From: an uncultured Chloroflexia bacterium
Lineage (GTDB): Bacteria > Chloroflexota > Limnocylindria > Limnocylindrales > CSP1-4
DNA: 64,000 bases
Assembly (NCBI GenBank): GCA_963813535.1
Contig: CAWEZH010000002.1
Location: forward strand, 736,001 to 800,000
Reading direction: 5' to 3'
Part shown: positions 39,573-49,449 of the stretch, one piece after another
Numbering within the stretch: position 1 is the first letter of the stretch
Layout of the letters: the number at the start of each line of letters is the position of its first letter
Made by a program: the position numbers and the translations under genes
The notes under the pieces: generated by a model
What the model was told of the DNA's origin: nothing
Database searches by the model: none
What the model saw: the letters and a program-made list of their open reading frames with translations, nothing else

Positions 39573-40301
39573 TCAGAGTCGCCCCATCAGGTCGGCCTTC
39601 TTGCGCTCGTACTCGTCGGCGCTGATCGCCCCGCGGTCACGCAGGTCGGCAAGACTGTTGAGCGTCCGCGTCACTTCGTCACGTGACAACGGAGCGGCCG
39701 GAGGTGGCGGCGGCAACGGCGTCGACACGGTCTCATCGGTCAACGGCTGCGCCGGCGCCGGGTCCGCTCTGAGGGGCGGGGTCGCCGCGAAATCCGCTCC
39801 GGAGATGTCGCGTTCGTACTCGTGCTTCGCATCGAGCATCGCGCGCTTGAACGCCACCGGCTGGACGAGCATCCGGAACTTGCTGATGCCCGACTCAGAC
39901 GCAGTCAGCACCTCCAGGTCGCCGAAGCCGAATATTCGCCCGAAGACCGACTGGGTGAGCACGACATCGTTCACCTTCTCAAGCGATGAGTCGGTGACCT
40001 TCTTGTTGAGGACGCCCTCGACCTGGATGACTCGCCGGTTGGTCAGCACGTATTCCTGGTTGATGTAGCGCAGGATCGTCCAGCCGAGCAGAAGCAGACC
40101 GCCGATGAAGAGGATGGCCGCGGCCCACCCGAGGATCTCCCTCCACGGCGACGACAGGTTGACCTGAAGGACCGCTGCGATACCGGCGATGATGATGGCC
40201 AGGATCGTGTAACGGGCACCCCACACGAACACGAACCAGTGCTGTTTCTCGCGATGCGTGATCCGCTCGCCGGTCGAAAGCAGCCCTTCGGAGTAACCCA
40301 T
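39573..40301 (-). CDS. bPH_2 domain membrane protein with C-terminal SHOCT
   Basis: YVLTNRRVI...G, QS..GRIFGFGDL, L..L.DLRDRGAIS.DEYERKK. Confidence 0.88.
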   Translation of the reverse strand: MGYSEGLLSTGERITHREKQHWFVFVWGARYTILAIIIAGIAAVLQVNLSSPWREILGWAAAILFIGGLLLLGWTILRYINQEYVLTNRRVIQVEGVLNKKVTDSSLEKVNDVVLTQSVFGRIFGFGDLEVLTASESGISKFRMLVQPVAFKRAMLDAKHEYERDISGADFAATPPLRADPAPAQPLTDETVSTPLPPPPPAAPLSRDEVTRTLNSLADLRDRGAISADEYERKKADLMGRL

Positions 40302-40321
40302 TCCTCGCGTGTCCCTCCTGG

Positions 40322-41233
40322 TCAGGCCCGCGGATGGGCCCGACGATAGACGTCCCTGATCCGCTCACCGGTCAGGTGCGTGTACAGCTGGGTCGTGGAG
40401 ATACTCGCATGCCCGAGCAACTCCTGGACCACGCGCAGGTCGGCACCGCCTTCGAGCAGATGGGTCGCGAACGAGTGCCGCAGCGTGTGCGGGCTGACCC
40501 TGGCTTCGAGACCGGCTCGCTGGGCTGCGGCGGTCACGGCCGCCCACGCCTGCTGCCGCGCGAGCCGCCGCCCGCGATCGCCGAGGAAGAGCGGCCCGCC
40601 ACGCACCGGCGCGACGTGATGCCGCGCGATGAGCACCTGGCGGGGGCCGTCCAGCCACGCGATGAGGTGGTCGATCGACACCTCGCCGATCGGCACGAGC
40701 CGCTCCTTGTCACCCTTCCCGATGACCCGCACGAACGCGCCGTCGAGCGAAAGGTCCTCGCGATCGAGCCCGATGCCCTCGCTGACGCGCAGGCCCGCGG
40801 CATAGAGCAGCTCGAGCAGGGCCCGGTCGCGAGCCCCACCGGCTGACGCCGCTTCCAGGAGCCGCTCGACCTCGGCCACGTCGAGCGTATCGGGCAGCCG
40901 CCGGCTCTGGCGCGGCAGGTCGAGGTGGGTGGCGACGTCGACATCGATCAACCCCTCGCCGAACGCGAAGCGGTAGAAGCCCTTGAGCGCGGCGGCCCGC
41001 CGTCGGAGGCTGGTCGGGGCCAGCGGCCGTTCGCCGGGCTCGCCGCGTCGGGTGCGCGCAGCCAGGTAGCGCACGGCCGGATCGGCGGAACGCGCCCAGG
41101 CGTCCTGCCCCTCGGGGAGGCTCCGCTCGAAGTCACGGAGGTCCGACCGATAGGCACGGATCGTCGCGGCGGCGAGGCCGCGTTCCACGTGCAGGTAGGC
41201 AAGGTAGTCCTCGATCGCGTGGTCGAGGTTCAC
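40322..41233 (-). CDS. xerD: Tyrosine recombinase XerD
   Basis: RDRALLELLYA.GLRVSE, GKGDKER, SPHTLRHSFATHLL.GGADLR.VQELLGH.SI.TTQ.YT; recN-xerD-scpAB context. Confidence 0.9.
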   Translation of the reverse strand: MNLDHAIEDYLAYLHVERGLAAATIRAYRSDLRDFERSLPEGQDAWARSADPAVRYLAARTRRGEPGERPLAPTSLRRRAAALKGFYRFAFGEGLIDVDVATHLDLPRQSRRLPDTLDVAEVERLLEAASAGGARDRALLELLYAAGLRVSEGIGLDREDLSLDGAFVRVIGKGDKERLVPIGEVSIDHLIAWLDGPRQVLIARHHVAPVRGGPLFLGDRGRRLARQQAWAAVTAAAQRAGLEARVSPHTLRHSFATHLLEGGADLRVVQELLGHASISTTQLYTHLTGERIRDVYRRAHPRA

Positions 41234-42987
41234 GCCGAGCGGTCGCCTCCGGCCGCCACCGGCCCGGCCCGCCACGACTCGGCCCGGTCGAGCAGCTCGC
41301 GGGCCGAGGCCAGTGCAGCTGGATCGCCCGGCCCGCCGCCGAGCATCGCCGCGAGCTCGACGATGCGGCCTTCTCGATCGAGTCGCTCCACCTCAGTCAC
41401 GGTCCGGCCGTCGCGCTCCCGTTTCACGATCCGGTAGTGGGCGTCGGCGTGCGAGGCGATCTGGGGCAGGTGCGTGACGCACAGGACCTGATGGCGACGG
41501 GCGAGACCCCACAACGACCGGCCGAGCGGGTCCGCGCTCCGCCCGCCGATGCCGGTGTCGACCTCGTCGAAGACCAGCGTGGGTGTCGAATCGGCCTCCG
41601 CGAGGACCCGCTTGATGGCCAACGCGACCCGCGACAGCTCGCCGCCCGACGCGATGCGGGCGAGGGATCGCGCCGGTTCGCCGGGGTTCGGCGCCAGCCG
41701 ATAGACGACCTCGTCGACGCCCGTCGCATCGAACGCGACCGCGTCGCCATCGAGCTCGACCGCGGCCTCGTTCGCACTGGCGACGCGTCGCCCCACGGCG
41801 ACATCGAAGACACCGGCCGGAAAGCCGAGCTCCTCCAACACCTCGGCGACGGCGGTCGTCATGGTCTGCGCCGCATCACGGCGCGCAGCGGACAACGCGG
41901 CTGCGGCGGTGCCGACATCGAGGAGCAAACGGGCATCCTCGCGCTGACGTCGCGCGCGTTCCTCGTCGAGCCCTCGGAGGCGCTCGACCTCCGCGGCAGC
42001 ACGTTCCCCATGTTCGATGACCACCGCCTCGTCGTCACCGTAGCGTCGGAGCAGTCCGTGGATCAGTCCGAGTCGGGCGTCGAGCTCGGCGACGGCACGG
42101 GGGTCGTGGTCCACATCGTCCGCGAGCCGGCGAGCGTCATCGGCCACATCGGCGAGCTCGGCGTCGAGGCCGGCGAGCCGGTCGGCGACCGGTTCGAAGC
42201 GCGGGTCGAGCCGGGCGATGCCACGCGCCTCGTTCAGCGCCACGGCCGTCGCGTCGCGCGCCCCGGCACCGTCGCGGGTCAGCGCCTCGTGGAGCGCCGC
42301 AGCTCCTCGCGCGATGGCCTCGCCGTGCTGGGCGGCCGTCAGCCGGGCCCGGATCTCCTCCGCCTCGCCTGGTCGCAGGCCCGCGCGGGCGATCTCGTCG
42401 GTCTCGTGTTCGAGCAGCTCGATGCGTCGGGCGACCTCGCGCGGGTCGAGCGCGGCGGCATCGAGCGCCGCCCGGTTCTCGCGCCAACGGTCGACGGACC
42501 ACGCCACGGCCGTCCGGCGGTCGTCGTGACCACCGAAGGCGTCCAGCAGGTCGCGCTGCCAGCGCTCGTCCAATAGGCGACCCTGGTCGTGCTGGCCGTG
42601 GATCTCGACGACCGGCCCGACCTCCTCGGCGAGTCTGGCCGCGGTGACCGTCGTGTCGTCCAGGCGAGCCGTCGAGCGCCCGTTGGCGGCGACCTCGCGC
42701 ACGGCGATGAGTGGTTCCGGCAGTCGGTCGAACAGGGCCTCGACCTTCGCCGTCTCGGCGCCGTGTCGGACGAGCGTCGTGTCGGCGCGTGCGCCGAGCG
42801 CCAGGCCGAGCGCGTCGATCAGCAGGCTCTTGCCGGCGCCGGTCTCGCCGGTGATGACGTTGAAGCCCGCATCGAATTCGAGGCGCAATCTGTCTATGAG
42901 GGCGAGGTCGGCGACGGTCAGCTCCAGCAGGCGGCCGGGCGCGCGGTCCTCATGGAGCGTCTCGGCGTCGCGCCGGCCGTCGCTCAC
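41230..42987 (-). CDS. recN: DNA repair protein RecN
   Basis: TGETGAGKS, HGQHD, ASGGELSR, FDEVDTGIGG, VTHLPQIA. Confidence 0.96.
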   Translation of the reverse strand: MSDGRRDAETLHEDRAPGRLLELTVADLALIDRLRLEFDAGFNVITGETGAGKSLLIDALGLALGARADTTLVRHGAETAKVEALFDRLPEPLIAVREVAANGRSTARLDDTTVTAARLAEEVGPVVEIHGQHDQGRLLDERWQRDLLDAFGGHDDRRTAVAWSVDRWRENRAALDAAALDPREVARRIELLEHETDEIARAGLRPGEAEEIRARLTAAQHGEAIARGAAALHEALTRDGAGARDATAVALNEARGIARLDPRFEPVADRLAGLDAELADVADDARRLADDVDHDPRAVAELDARLGLIHGLLRRYGDDEAVVIEHGERAAAEVERLRGLDEERARRQREDARLLLDVGTAAAALSAARRDAAQTMTTAVAEVLEELGFPAGVFDVAVGRRVASANEAAVELDGDAVAFDATGVDEVVYRLAPNPGEPARSLARIASGGELSRVALAIKRVLAEADSTPTLVFDEVDTGIGGRSADPLGRSLWGLARRHQVLCVTHLPQIASHADAHYRIVKRERDGRTVTEVERLDREGRIVELAAMLGGGPGDPAALASARELLDRAESWRAGPVAAGGDRSA

Positions 42988-43829
42988 GACGGCAGGAGCT
43001 CCACCTTGTGGCGGAGCAGGTCCCAGAACGGCTGGGCACCCTTCGGTTCGATGAGACGGATCGGGTGGTCGAGGGCCCTGACCTCGACGGTATCGCCGAC
43101 GGCGATCGGCAGGTCCTCGCGACCGTCGACCGACACGAGCGCCTCATGGGCGTCGACCACCCGGCAGCGCACGACCTGTTCGGGGCTGACGACGACGGAT
43201 CGGATGGCCGACAGGTATGCGGCGATCGGGGTGACCACGAGGTTGCGACTCGCCGGGTCGAGGATCGGTCCGCCGGCCGAGAACGAATACCCGGTGCTGC
43301 CCGTCGGGCTGGCGACGACGAGACCGTCGGCGATGAACGTGGCGAGGTGGCTGTCGTCGATGCTGACGTCGAGGCGGCACACGCGGGCGAGCGAACCCCG
43401 AGCGACGACGATGTCGTTGAGCGCGATGTGGCGGTCGCCGTCGCCCTGCCCGCTACCGCGCATGATCCGACCCTCGATGGCCATCCGCTCGTCGAGGCGG
43501 TACTCGCCGGCGATGATGTGCTCGAGGACCGCTTCGAGGTCGCCGGCCTCCGCCTTCGAGAGGAACCCGACCTTGCCAAGGTTTACCCCCAAGAGCGGGA
43601 CATCGAACTCCGCGACCGCGCGCGCCGCCCGCAGGAACGTGCCATCGCCGCCCAGAACGACGAGCGCGTCGGTCGTCGGCAACTCGCGCCGTAGGGTCGC
43701 GAGATCGCCGGACTGCGCGCGCCACTCGTCGATCGCATGCTGATGGCACCAGCCCGATGCGCGCGCCGCCAGCTCGACGGTCGCCTCGATCGTCGGGTTG
43801 TACGCGAAGCCGATCCGTTTGACGGTCAC
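42984..43829 (-). CDS. nadK: NAD kinase
   Basis: GGDGT, GVNLGKVGFL, ALND, ADG..V.SPTGSTGYS.SAGGP. Confidence 0.96.
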   Translation of the reverse strand: MTVKRIGFAYNPTIEATVELAARASGWCHQHAIDEWRAQSGDLATLRRELPTTDALVVLGGDGTFLRAARAVAEFDVPLLGVNLGKVGFLSKAEAGDLEAVLEHIIAGEYRLDERMAIEGRIMRGSGQGDGDRHIALNDIVVARGSLARVCRLDVSIDDSHLATFIADGLVVASPTGSTGYSFSAGGPILDPASRNLVVTPIAAYLSAIRSVVVSPEQVVRCRVVDAHEALVSVDGREDLPIAVGDTVEVRALDHPIRLIEPKGAQPFWDLLRHKVELLPS

Positions 43830-44638
43830 GCGCCGGTGACCTCGGCGATGCGCTCGGCGAGATCCGCGCAGCCGGGTCCCTGCGCCAGGTGGACGAGGAA
43901 CTCGCGATTGCCGTCCTGGCCGGTGAGGGGCGACGCGATGACATCGCGGGTGCCGAGATCGAGGGACCGAGCATGGCTGGTCACACGCTCCAGCACCTCG
44001 CGATGGGTTGCTGGGTCGCGGACGACGCCATGGTCGGTACGCCCCTTGCCCGCCTCGAACTGCGGCTTGACCAGCGCCACGATGTGGGCGGACGGGGTGA
44101 GCGTGCTGGCGGTCGGACCGAGCACCTTGTCGAGGGAGATGAATGACACGTCGATCACGGCCAGGTCGATCGGCTCGGGAAAGGTCGTCGCGGTCAGCTC
44201 GCGGGCGTTCGTGCGCTCGAGCGAGGTGACGCGGGGATCGAGTCGCAACGATTCGGCAAGTTGACCGCGACCCACGTCGAGAGCGTAGACATGGCGCGCG
44301 CCACGCTGCAGCAGGACGTCGGTGAAGCCGCCGGTCGAGGCGCCGACGTCGAGCGCGGTCGTGCCCGTCGGATCGATGCCGAAGGCGTCCAACGCCGCGG
44401 CGAGCTTGTGACCCCCGCGTCCGACGTACGGTTCGGGGGCATCCAGCGCGACCGGCTCTTCCGGGCCGATACGGTCGCCGGGCTTGCGGTCCCGTCGCGC
44501 GGCATCCCCTACCCCGACCCGAACCTTGCCGGCGAGCACGAGCGCTTGCGCCTTGGAGCGTGTCTCCGCCAGCCCGCGCTCGACGAGCAGCTCATCGAGG
44601 CGCACCTTTGGCTGCCGATGCGTGACGGTCGGACTCAC
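43826..44638 (-). CDS. tlyA: TlyA family rRNA methyltransferase
   Basis: RLD.LLVERGL, GRGGHKL, DVGASTGGFT, DVSFISL, LVKPQFE. Confidence 0.95.
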   Translation of the reverse strand: MSPTVTHRQPKVRLDELLVERGLAETRSKAQALVLAGKVRVGVGDAARRDRKPGDRIGPEEPVALDAPEPYVGRGGHKLAAALDAFGIDPTGTTALDVGASTGGFTDVLLQRGARHVYALDVGRGQLAESLRLDPRVTSLERTNARELTATTFPEPIDLAVIDVSFISLDKVLGPTASTLTPSAHIVALVKPQFEAGKGRTDHGVVRDPATHREVLERVTSHARSLDLGTRDVIASPLTGQDGNREFLVHLAQGPGCADLAERIAEVTGA

Positions 44639-44688
44639 CGGCCTATCGTGGCACAGCACGCTGCACGTGGACTCACTCCGAGTCCCGC

Positions 44689-45381
44689 TTAGCGCTCCCT
44701 GCGGCGGCGGTCGCGGGCGAGGGTCAGCCCGACGATCCGCGAGATGACGAACGCGACGTAGAGGAGGCCCGCAACCTGCTCGATCATCACCAACGATCTT
44801 GCCTGCGGGAGGATCGGCGTGATGTCGGACAGACCCACGCTGGTCAGGTTCGTGAACGAGAGGAACAGCAGCTCGAACCATGTGCGCGGCGCCTCCGGCG
44901 CGATCGCGGCTGCGAACGAGCGCGGCCACACGACCTGGATCGCGGCGAACGCGTAGGCGAACCCATAGGCGACAACCGTGAACGTCGCACCGGTCGCCCA
45001 CAGCTCGTCCCGCGTCACGAAACGGTCGAAGAAGAGGTAGCGGATCAGCGCGAAGCTGGTGTACGCGTAGAAGGCCGCGTGGAGCGCCGCCGACCAGAAC
45101 GCGACCACCTGGTTCGAGGGGTCGCTCACCTCGAGCAAAGTCAGCACCACGAGCGGGATCCCAATCCCGATCGAGACCCACGTGAGGGCCGGCGTCGCCC
45201 GGACGGCACGGACCGCGAGCAGCAGCACGACCAATGTGAACAGCGACAACGCGGCCCGCCCGACGGGCGAGTCGTCCATGAACGGGAAGAGCAGGACGCC
45301 CAGCAACTGGACGACGAGCAGGACGGCGGACGGCTGCCGCCACCACGGCGTGATCTTGCGAGCTGGGACCTCCACCGTCAC
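44689..45381 (-). CDS. Potassium channel family (Ion_trans_2) membrane protein
   Basis: SFTNLTSVGLSDITP pore-like segment with a divergent filter; multiple TM helices. Confidence 0.82.
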   Translation of the reverse strand: MTVEVPARKITPWWRQPSAVLLVVQLLGVLLFPFMDDSPVGRAALSLFTLVVLLLAVRAVRATPALTWVSIGIGIPLVVLTLLEVSDPSNQVVAFWSAALHAAFYAYTSFALIRYLFFDRFVTRDELWATGATFTVVAYGFAYAFAAIQVVWPRSFAAAIAPEAPRTWFELLFLSFTNLTSVGLSDITPILPQARSLVMIEQVAGLLYVAFVISRIVGLTLARDRRRRER

Positions 45382-45394
45382 GTGACGGTCGCGG

Positions 45395-47416
45395 CTACGC
45401 GACGTCGGAGGTGGACCGTCCCGGCGACAGCCGCAACGTCGCGAGCGTCTCGCGGACCTGTTCCGCCAGCCCCGGCACGTCGAGGCGCAGGACGCGACGC
45501 AGGTCGGCGACCGAGCCATGGTCGACGAACCGGTCGCCCGGGATCCCGATGATTCGCACGGCCGTGTCACGGTAGGCCGCATCGGCCAGCCGCGCCTCTT
45601 CGATGAGCTCGAGGACCGCCGAGCCGAATCCGCCCGAGAACACGCTCTCCTCGAACGTCACGACCAGGCGCTTGCCGCGTGCCGCATCGAGGATCAGCTG
45701 CCGGTCGAGCGGCTTCGCGAACCGCGCGTTGATGACACCGATCGACCAGCCGTCCGCCTCGAGCGCCGACGCTGCATCCATCGCCCGCTGCACGATCGGC
45801 CCGAAGCCCACGAACAACAGGTCTCGCCCGTCCCGCAGCGTCTCGGCCTGTCCGACCGGCACCGCGGCCGGCTCGACCGGCTCCAGGCCGAAACCCGGAT
45901 CGCGCGGATAGTGCAGTGCGAACGGGTGATCCTGGGCCAAGCCCGTCCGCAACAGGGAGCGCAGCTCCTGCTCGTCCTTCGGCGACGCGATCACGAGGTT
46001 CGGCAGCTGGCGCTGGGCGGCCACCGTGAACATGCCCTGATGTGACGTGCCGTCCTCACCGACCAGACCCGCTCGGTCGACGGCGATCAGGACGGGCTGG
46101 TCGTTCTGGCACACGTCGTGGACCGTCTGGTCGAACGCGCGCTGCAGGAAGGTCGAGTACAGCGCGACGACCGGTCGCATGCCACCCATCGCGAGGCCCG
46201 TCGCAAGCGTCACGGCGTGCTGCTCGGCGATGCCCACGTCGAAGACGCGGTCGGGGAAGACTTCGGCCAGCTTCGACATGCCCGTCCCGGTCGGCATCCC
46301 GGCCGTGATACCGACGATCCGGCGGTCGTCCCGTGCCGCCTCGATGAGCTCGGCCGCGAACACCGCCGTGTAGTTCGGATTCTTCTTCGGCGCCGCCGGC
46401 TCGGGCGTGGGCGAAGCGGCGTCGTCGGCCATCGACTCGGTCGGGAGCCCGGCCGGTGCGGTGGACGTTCTCGCCCCGTCGTAGGAATCGGCCTCGGGCG
46501 AGAGCTGCATCGGTGGCAATGCCGCCCCATGGAACGCGACCTGGTCCTCGATCGCGGGTCGGTAGCCCCGACCCTTCTGCGTTCGAACGTGCACGATCGT
46601 GGGGCCAGGCAGGGCAAGCGCGGCGCCGAGCGTCTCGAGCAGCGCGCGCATGTCGTGGCCCGGCACCACACCGATGTAGGTGATACCGAGGTCCTCGAAG
46701 AGCTGGCCCGGCTGGGCGAACCGCACAACGGACGCGCGAAGCCGCCTGGAGAGCTCGAGCAGGTGCGGCCCGAAGATCGGGACGCGCAGGACCGCACGAT
46801 CGTACGCACTCCGGCTCTGCCGCCACGCGCTCGACAGCTTGATCTGCGAGAGGTACTTGGAGAACGCGCCGACCGTCGGGCTGATGGACATCTCGTTGTC
46901 GTTGACCACGATCAGCATATGCGTCTTGCGCTGGCCGATGTCGTTGAGGGCTTCGAGCGAGAGGCCACTCATCAACGCCGCGTCGCCGACCACGACCGCG
47001 ATGCGCTCCATCCCATGACGCAGATCGCGCGCCTCGGCCAGCCCCTCGGCGATGGACAGACCAGTCCCTGCGTGACCGCCATCGAACACGTCGTGCGCCG
47101 ACTCCGAGCGGCGGGGGAAGCCACCGACGCCGTCGAGTGAACGAAGCGTCCGGAATCGCTCGAGTCGGCCGGTCAGCAGCTTGTGCGGGTACGCCTGGTG
47201 GCCGGTATCCCAAACGATCCGGTCGCGAGGCAATTCGAGCAGTCGGTGCAGGGCGATCGTCAGCTCGACGACGCCGAGGGACGAGCCGAGATGGCCGCCG
47301 GTCTCCGCGACGGTCGAGACGATCGTCTCGCGGATCTCGGCGGCGAGCTGGGCGAGCTCTGGTTCGGAAAAACCGCGCAGCTCGGCGGGATCGTGCAGTT
47401 CCTGGAGGATGGTCAC
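45395..47416 (-). CDS. dxs: 1-deoxy-D-xylulose-5-phosphate synthase
   Basis: GGHLGSSLG.VELT, WDTGHQAYPHK, GDAAL..N.N, GIAEQH, YSTFLQRA.DQ, DRAG.VGEDG..H. Confidence 0.97.
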   Translation of the reverse strand: MTILQELHDPAELRGFSEPELAQLAAEIRETIVSTVAETGGHLGSSLGVVELTIALHRLLELPRDRIVWDTGHQAYPHKLLTGRLERFRTLRSLDGVGGFPRRSESAHDVFDGGHAGTGLSIAEGLAEARDLRHGMERIAVVVGDAALMSGLSLEALNDIGQRKTHMLIVVNDNEMSISPTVGAFSKYLSQIKLSSAWRQSRSAYDRAVLRVPIFGPHLLELSRRLRASVVRFAQPGQLFEDLGITYIGVVPGHDMRALLETLGAALALPGPTIVHVRTQKGRGYRPAIEDQVAFHGAALPPMQLSPEADSYDGARTSTAPAGLPTESMADDAASPTPEPAAPKKNPNYTAVFAAELIEAARDDRRIVGITAGMPTGTGMSKLAEVFPDRVFDVGIAEQHAVTLATGLAMGGMRPVVALYSTFLQRAFDQTVHDVCQNDQPVLIAVDRAGLVGEDGTSHQGMFTVAAQRQLPNLVIASPKDEQELRSLLRTGLAQDHPFALHYPRDPGFGLEPVEPAAVPVGQAETLRDGRDLLFVGFGPIVQRAMDAASALEADGWSIGVINARFAKPLDRQLILDAARGKRLVVTFEESVFSGGFGSAVLELIEEARLADAAYRDTAVRIIGIPGDRFVDHGSVADLRRVLRLDVPGLAEQVRETLATLRLSPGRSTSDVA

Positions 47417-47573
47417 GCGGTCGGTGGCTCCGATGGGGTTCGGTCGCTGGACGGGTCGGATGCCCGATGTGTGATGTCGATGCGAAGGGTAGCGCGGCAG
47501 TCGCGATGGCGGCCGACAGTCTAAACCTGTTCCTTCCGGGTCGCCAGTTTCGTCTGCCCCGGTGAAGGAGTGG

Positions 47574-47840
47574 TCAGGCGTCGTCGACGGTGCGGTCCTC
47601 GGTCACCTCGACCGTGTCGAGCGTGCTGCCCTTGGCGACCAGCTGCCGCATCCGGAGTTCCGCGCTCTTCAGCAGGGTCTCGCAGCGCTCCAGCAGAGCG
47701 GCGCCACGCTCGTGGAGTGCCAGCGTGCGCTCGAGAGGCAGATTCCCGGTCTCGAGCTCCGAGATCGTCCGCTGGAGCTCGGCAAGCGCGTCGTCGAACG
47801 ACAGCTCCCCGGGCGGCGTCCCCCCGGAAGCGTCGGGCAC
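47574..47840 (-). CDS. xseB: Exodeoxyribonuclease VII small subunit
   Basis: SFDDALAEL.....LE.G.LPLE.....E.G..L...C...L..AE; start may be at 47864. Confidence 0.9.
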   Translation of the reverse strand: MPDASGGTPPGELSFDDALAELQRTISELETGNLPLERTLALHERGAALLERCETLLKSAELRMRQLVAKGSTLDTVEVTEDRTVDDA

Positions 47841-47847
47841 GCGTTCC

Positions 47848-47988
47848 TCAGTCGTTCCCGTCACCGTCGTCCTCATCGATGCGCTCGGCGAGCCGGCCGA
47901 GTCGCGGCGCGACCAGCATACCGATGCCGATACCGACGATCGCCAACACCGCGACGACCACGACGAACAAGATGAGGTCCGTGCTCAT
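47848..47988 (-). CDS. Small single-TM protein (46 aa), absent from the ORF track
   Basis: MSTDLILFVVVVAVLAIVGIGIGMLVAPRLGRLAERIDEDDGDGND; ATG overlaps the xseA stop (ATGA). Confidence 0.65.
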   Translation of the reverse strand: MSTDLILFVVVVAVLAIVGIGIGMLVAPRLGRLAERIDEDDGDGND

Positions 47989-49448
47989 CGATCCTGCTTG
48001 TCGACCGTGGCGGCGATATCGCCTCTGGCGACGCGGATACGTAGCGGTGACCCACTCGGTGCCTCGGCTGGATCGCGAACGATCGATCCGTCACTGCGCC
48101 GCACGATCGCGTATCCCCGCTCGAGGGTGGCGTTCGGTCCGAGGACGGCCAGGGCGGCCGACGAGGCGTCGAGCGCCGAGCGGGCAGCCGCAACGCGCGC
48201 CGCGCTCAGCCTGGGCAGGTCCGCCGCCGCCGACGTCAATCGCATGCGCTCCCGCGCCAGACGCGCCTCGACCGCCCGCGTGCCCCGATCGAACAGCAGC
48301 CCCACCTGCTCGCGCGCAGCCGCCAGCCGTGCCGCTGGATTGACCCGCTCGAGCGCGCGCCGCTCGACCGCCACATCCCGGGCGGCAGCGACAAGGCGAC
48401 GCTCGGTGGCCGCCGTCAGCCGGTCCGCGGCACGCCGCAGGGCTGCCGCCATCTCGAGCTGGTCGGGCACGACGATCTCCGCGGCAGCGGACGGCGTCGG
48501 CGCCCGGACATCGGCCGCGAAGTCGGCGAGGGTCACGTCGACCTCGTGGCCGACGCCGCATACCACCGGGAGCGGATGGGCCACGACGGCCCGCACGACG
48601 CGCTCGTCGTTGAATGCCCACAGGTCCTCGAGCGAGCCGCCGCCCCGGGCGAGGATCGTCAGCGCGGGTGCGTCGTCCGGTCGGCCGGCCGCCGTCATCG
48701 CGCCGGCGTAGCGGGCCGTGCGTCGGAACGCGGTGACGATGCTGGCGGGGGCCCCCTCCCCTTGCACCTGGGCGGCGACCAGGACGACCTGGACGAGGGG
48801 CCAGCGACGCGCCAGCACATGGCTCACGTCGCGCCACACCGCCCCGGACGGGCTCGTGATGACGGCGATCGTCCGCGGTCGAGTCGGCAGGGGCCGCTTG
48901 CGAGCGCTGTCGAACAGCCCTTCGGCCGCAAGGCGCGTCTTGAGTGCCTCGAACCGGAGGGCCAGGTCGCCGACGCCCGATGGCTGGATCGAGTCGACAT
49001 AGAGCTGCATCGCGCCCGACGGCTCGTACAGGTCGATCCGACCGTGGACGACGACGCGTAACCCGGCCTGCGCCGCGAACATCGAGCGTTCGCGGTCGTC
49101 GCGGAACCAGACGCACTGGAGCTGGTTGCGCTCGTCCTTGAGCGCGAAGTACGCGTGACCAGCCGATGACACGGTCACGCGACCGATCTCCCCCTCGACC
49201 CACAGGTCGAGCAGGCGTGGATCCTGGCGGATCGCTGTCCGGACGGCGCGGGTGACGTCGCTGACCTTGAGGATGCGCAGCCCGAATGTGCCCGGCGCCG
49301 TGGGGCCGGCTCGATCGGCACCCGGAGACGCTACGGGAGCCGGCGTCTCGACGCGCCCCGGCCCCACCGGGACCGGCTCCTCCGGATCGACGGCATCCCA
49401 GCCAGGCAGCGCCCAGTCAGGCGGTGTCGAGCCCTCACGTGCGCTCAC
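47985..49448 (-). CDS. xseA: Exodeoxyribonuclease VII large subunit
   Basis: WVEGEI, GH.YF.LKD, ITSPSGA, RGGGSLEDLWAFNDE, VGHE.D, APTPSAAAE, LERGYA. Confidence 0.96.
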   Translation of the reverse strand: MSAREGSTPPDWALPGWDAVDPEEPVPVGPGRVETPAPVASPGADRAGPTAPGTFGLRILKVSDVTRAVRTAIRQDPRLLDLWVEGEIGRVTVSSAGHAYFALKDERNQLQCVWFRDDRERSMFAAQAGLRVVVHGRIDLYEPSGAMQLYVDSIQPSGVGDLALRFEALKTRLAAEGLFDSARKRPLPTRPRTIAVITSPSGAVWRDVSHVLARRWPLVQVVLVAAQVQGEGAPASIVTAFRRTARYAGAMTAAGRPDDAPALTILARGGGSLEDLWAFNDERVVRAVVAHPLPVVCGVGHEVDVTLADFAADVRAPTPSAAAEIVVPDQLEMAAALRRAADRLTAATERRLVAAARDVAVERRALERVNPAARLAAAREQVGLLFDRGTRAVEARLARERMRLTSAAADLPRLSAARVAAARSALDASSAALAVLGPNATLERGYAIVRRSDGSIVRDPAEAPSGSPLRIRVARGDIAATVDKQDR

Positions 49449-49449
49449 A

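Noticed and set aside
40322-41233. Mobile-element integrase
   Set aside because: Sequence and recN/scpAB context match chromosomal XerD.
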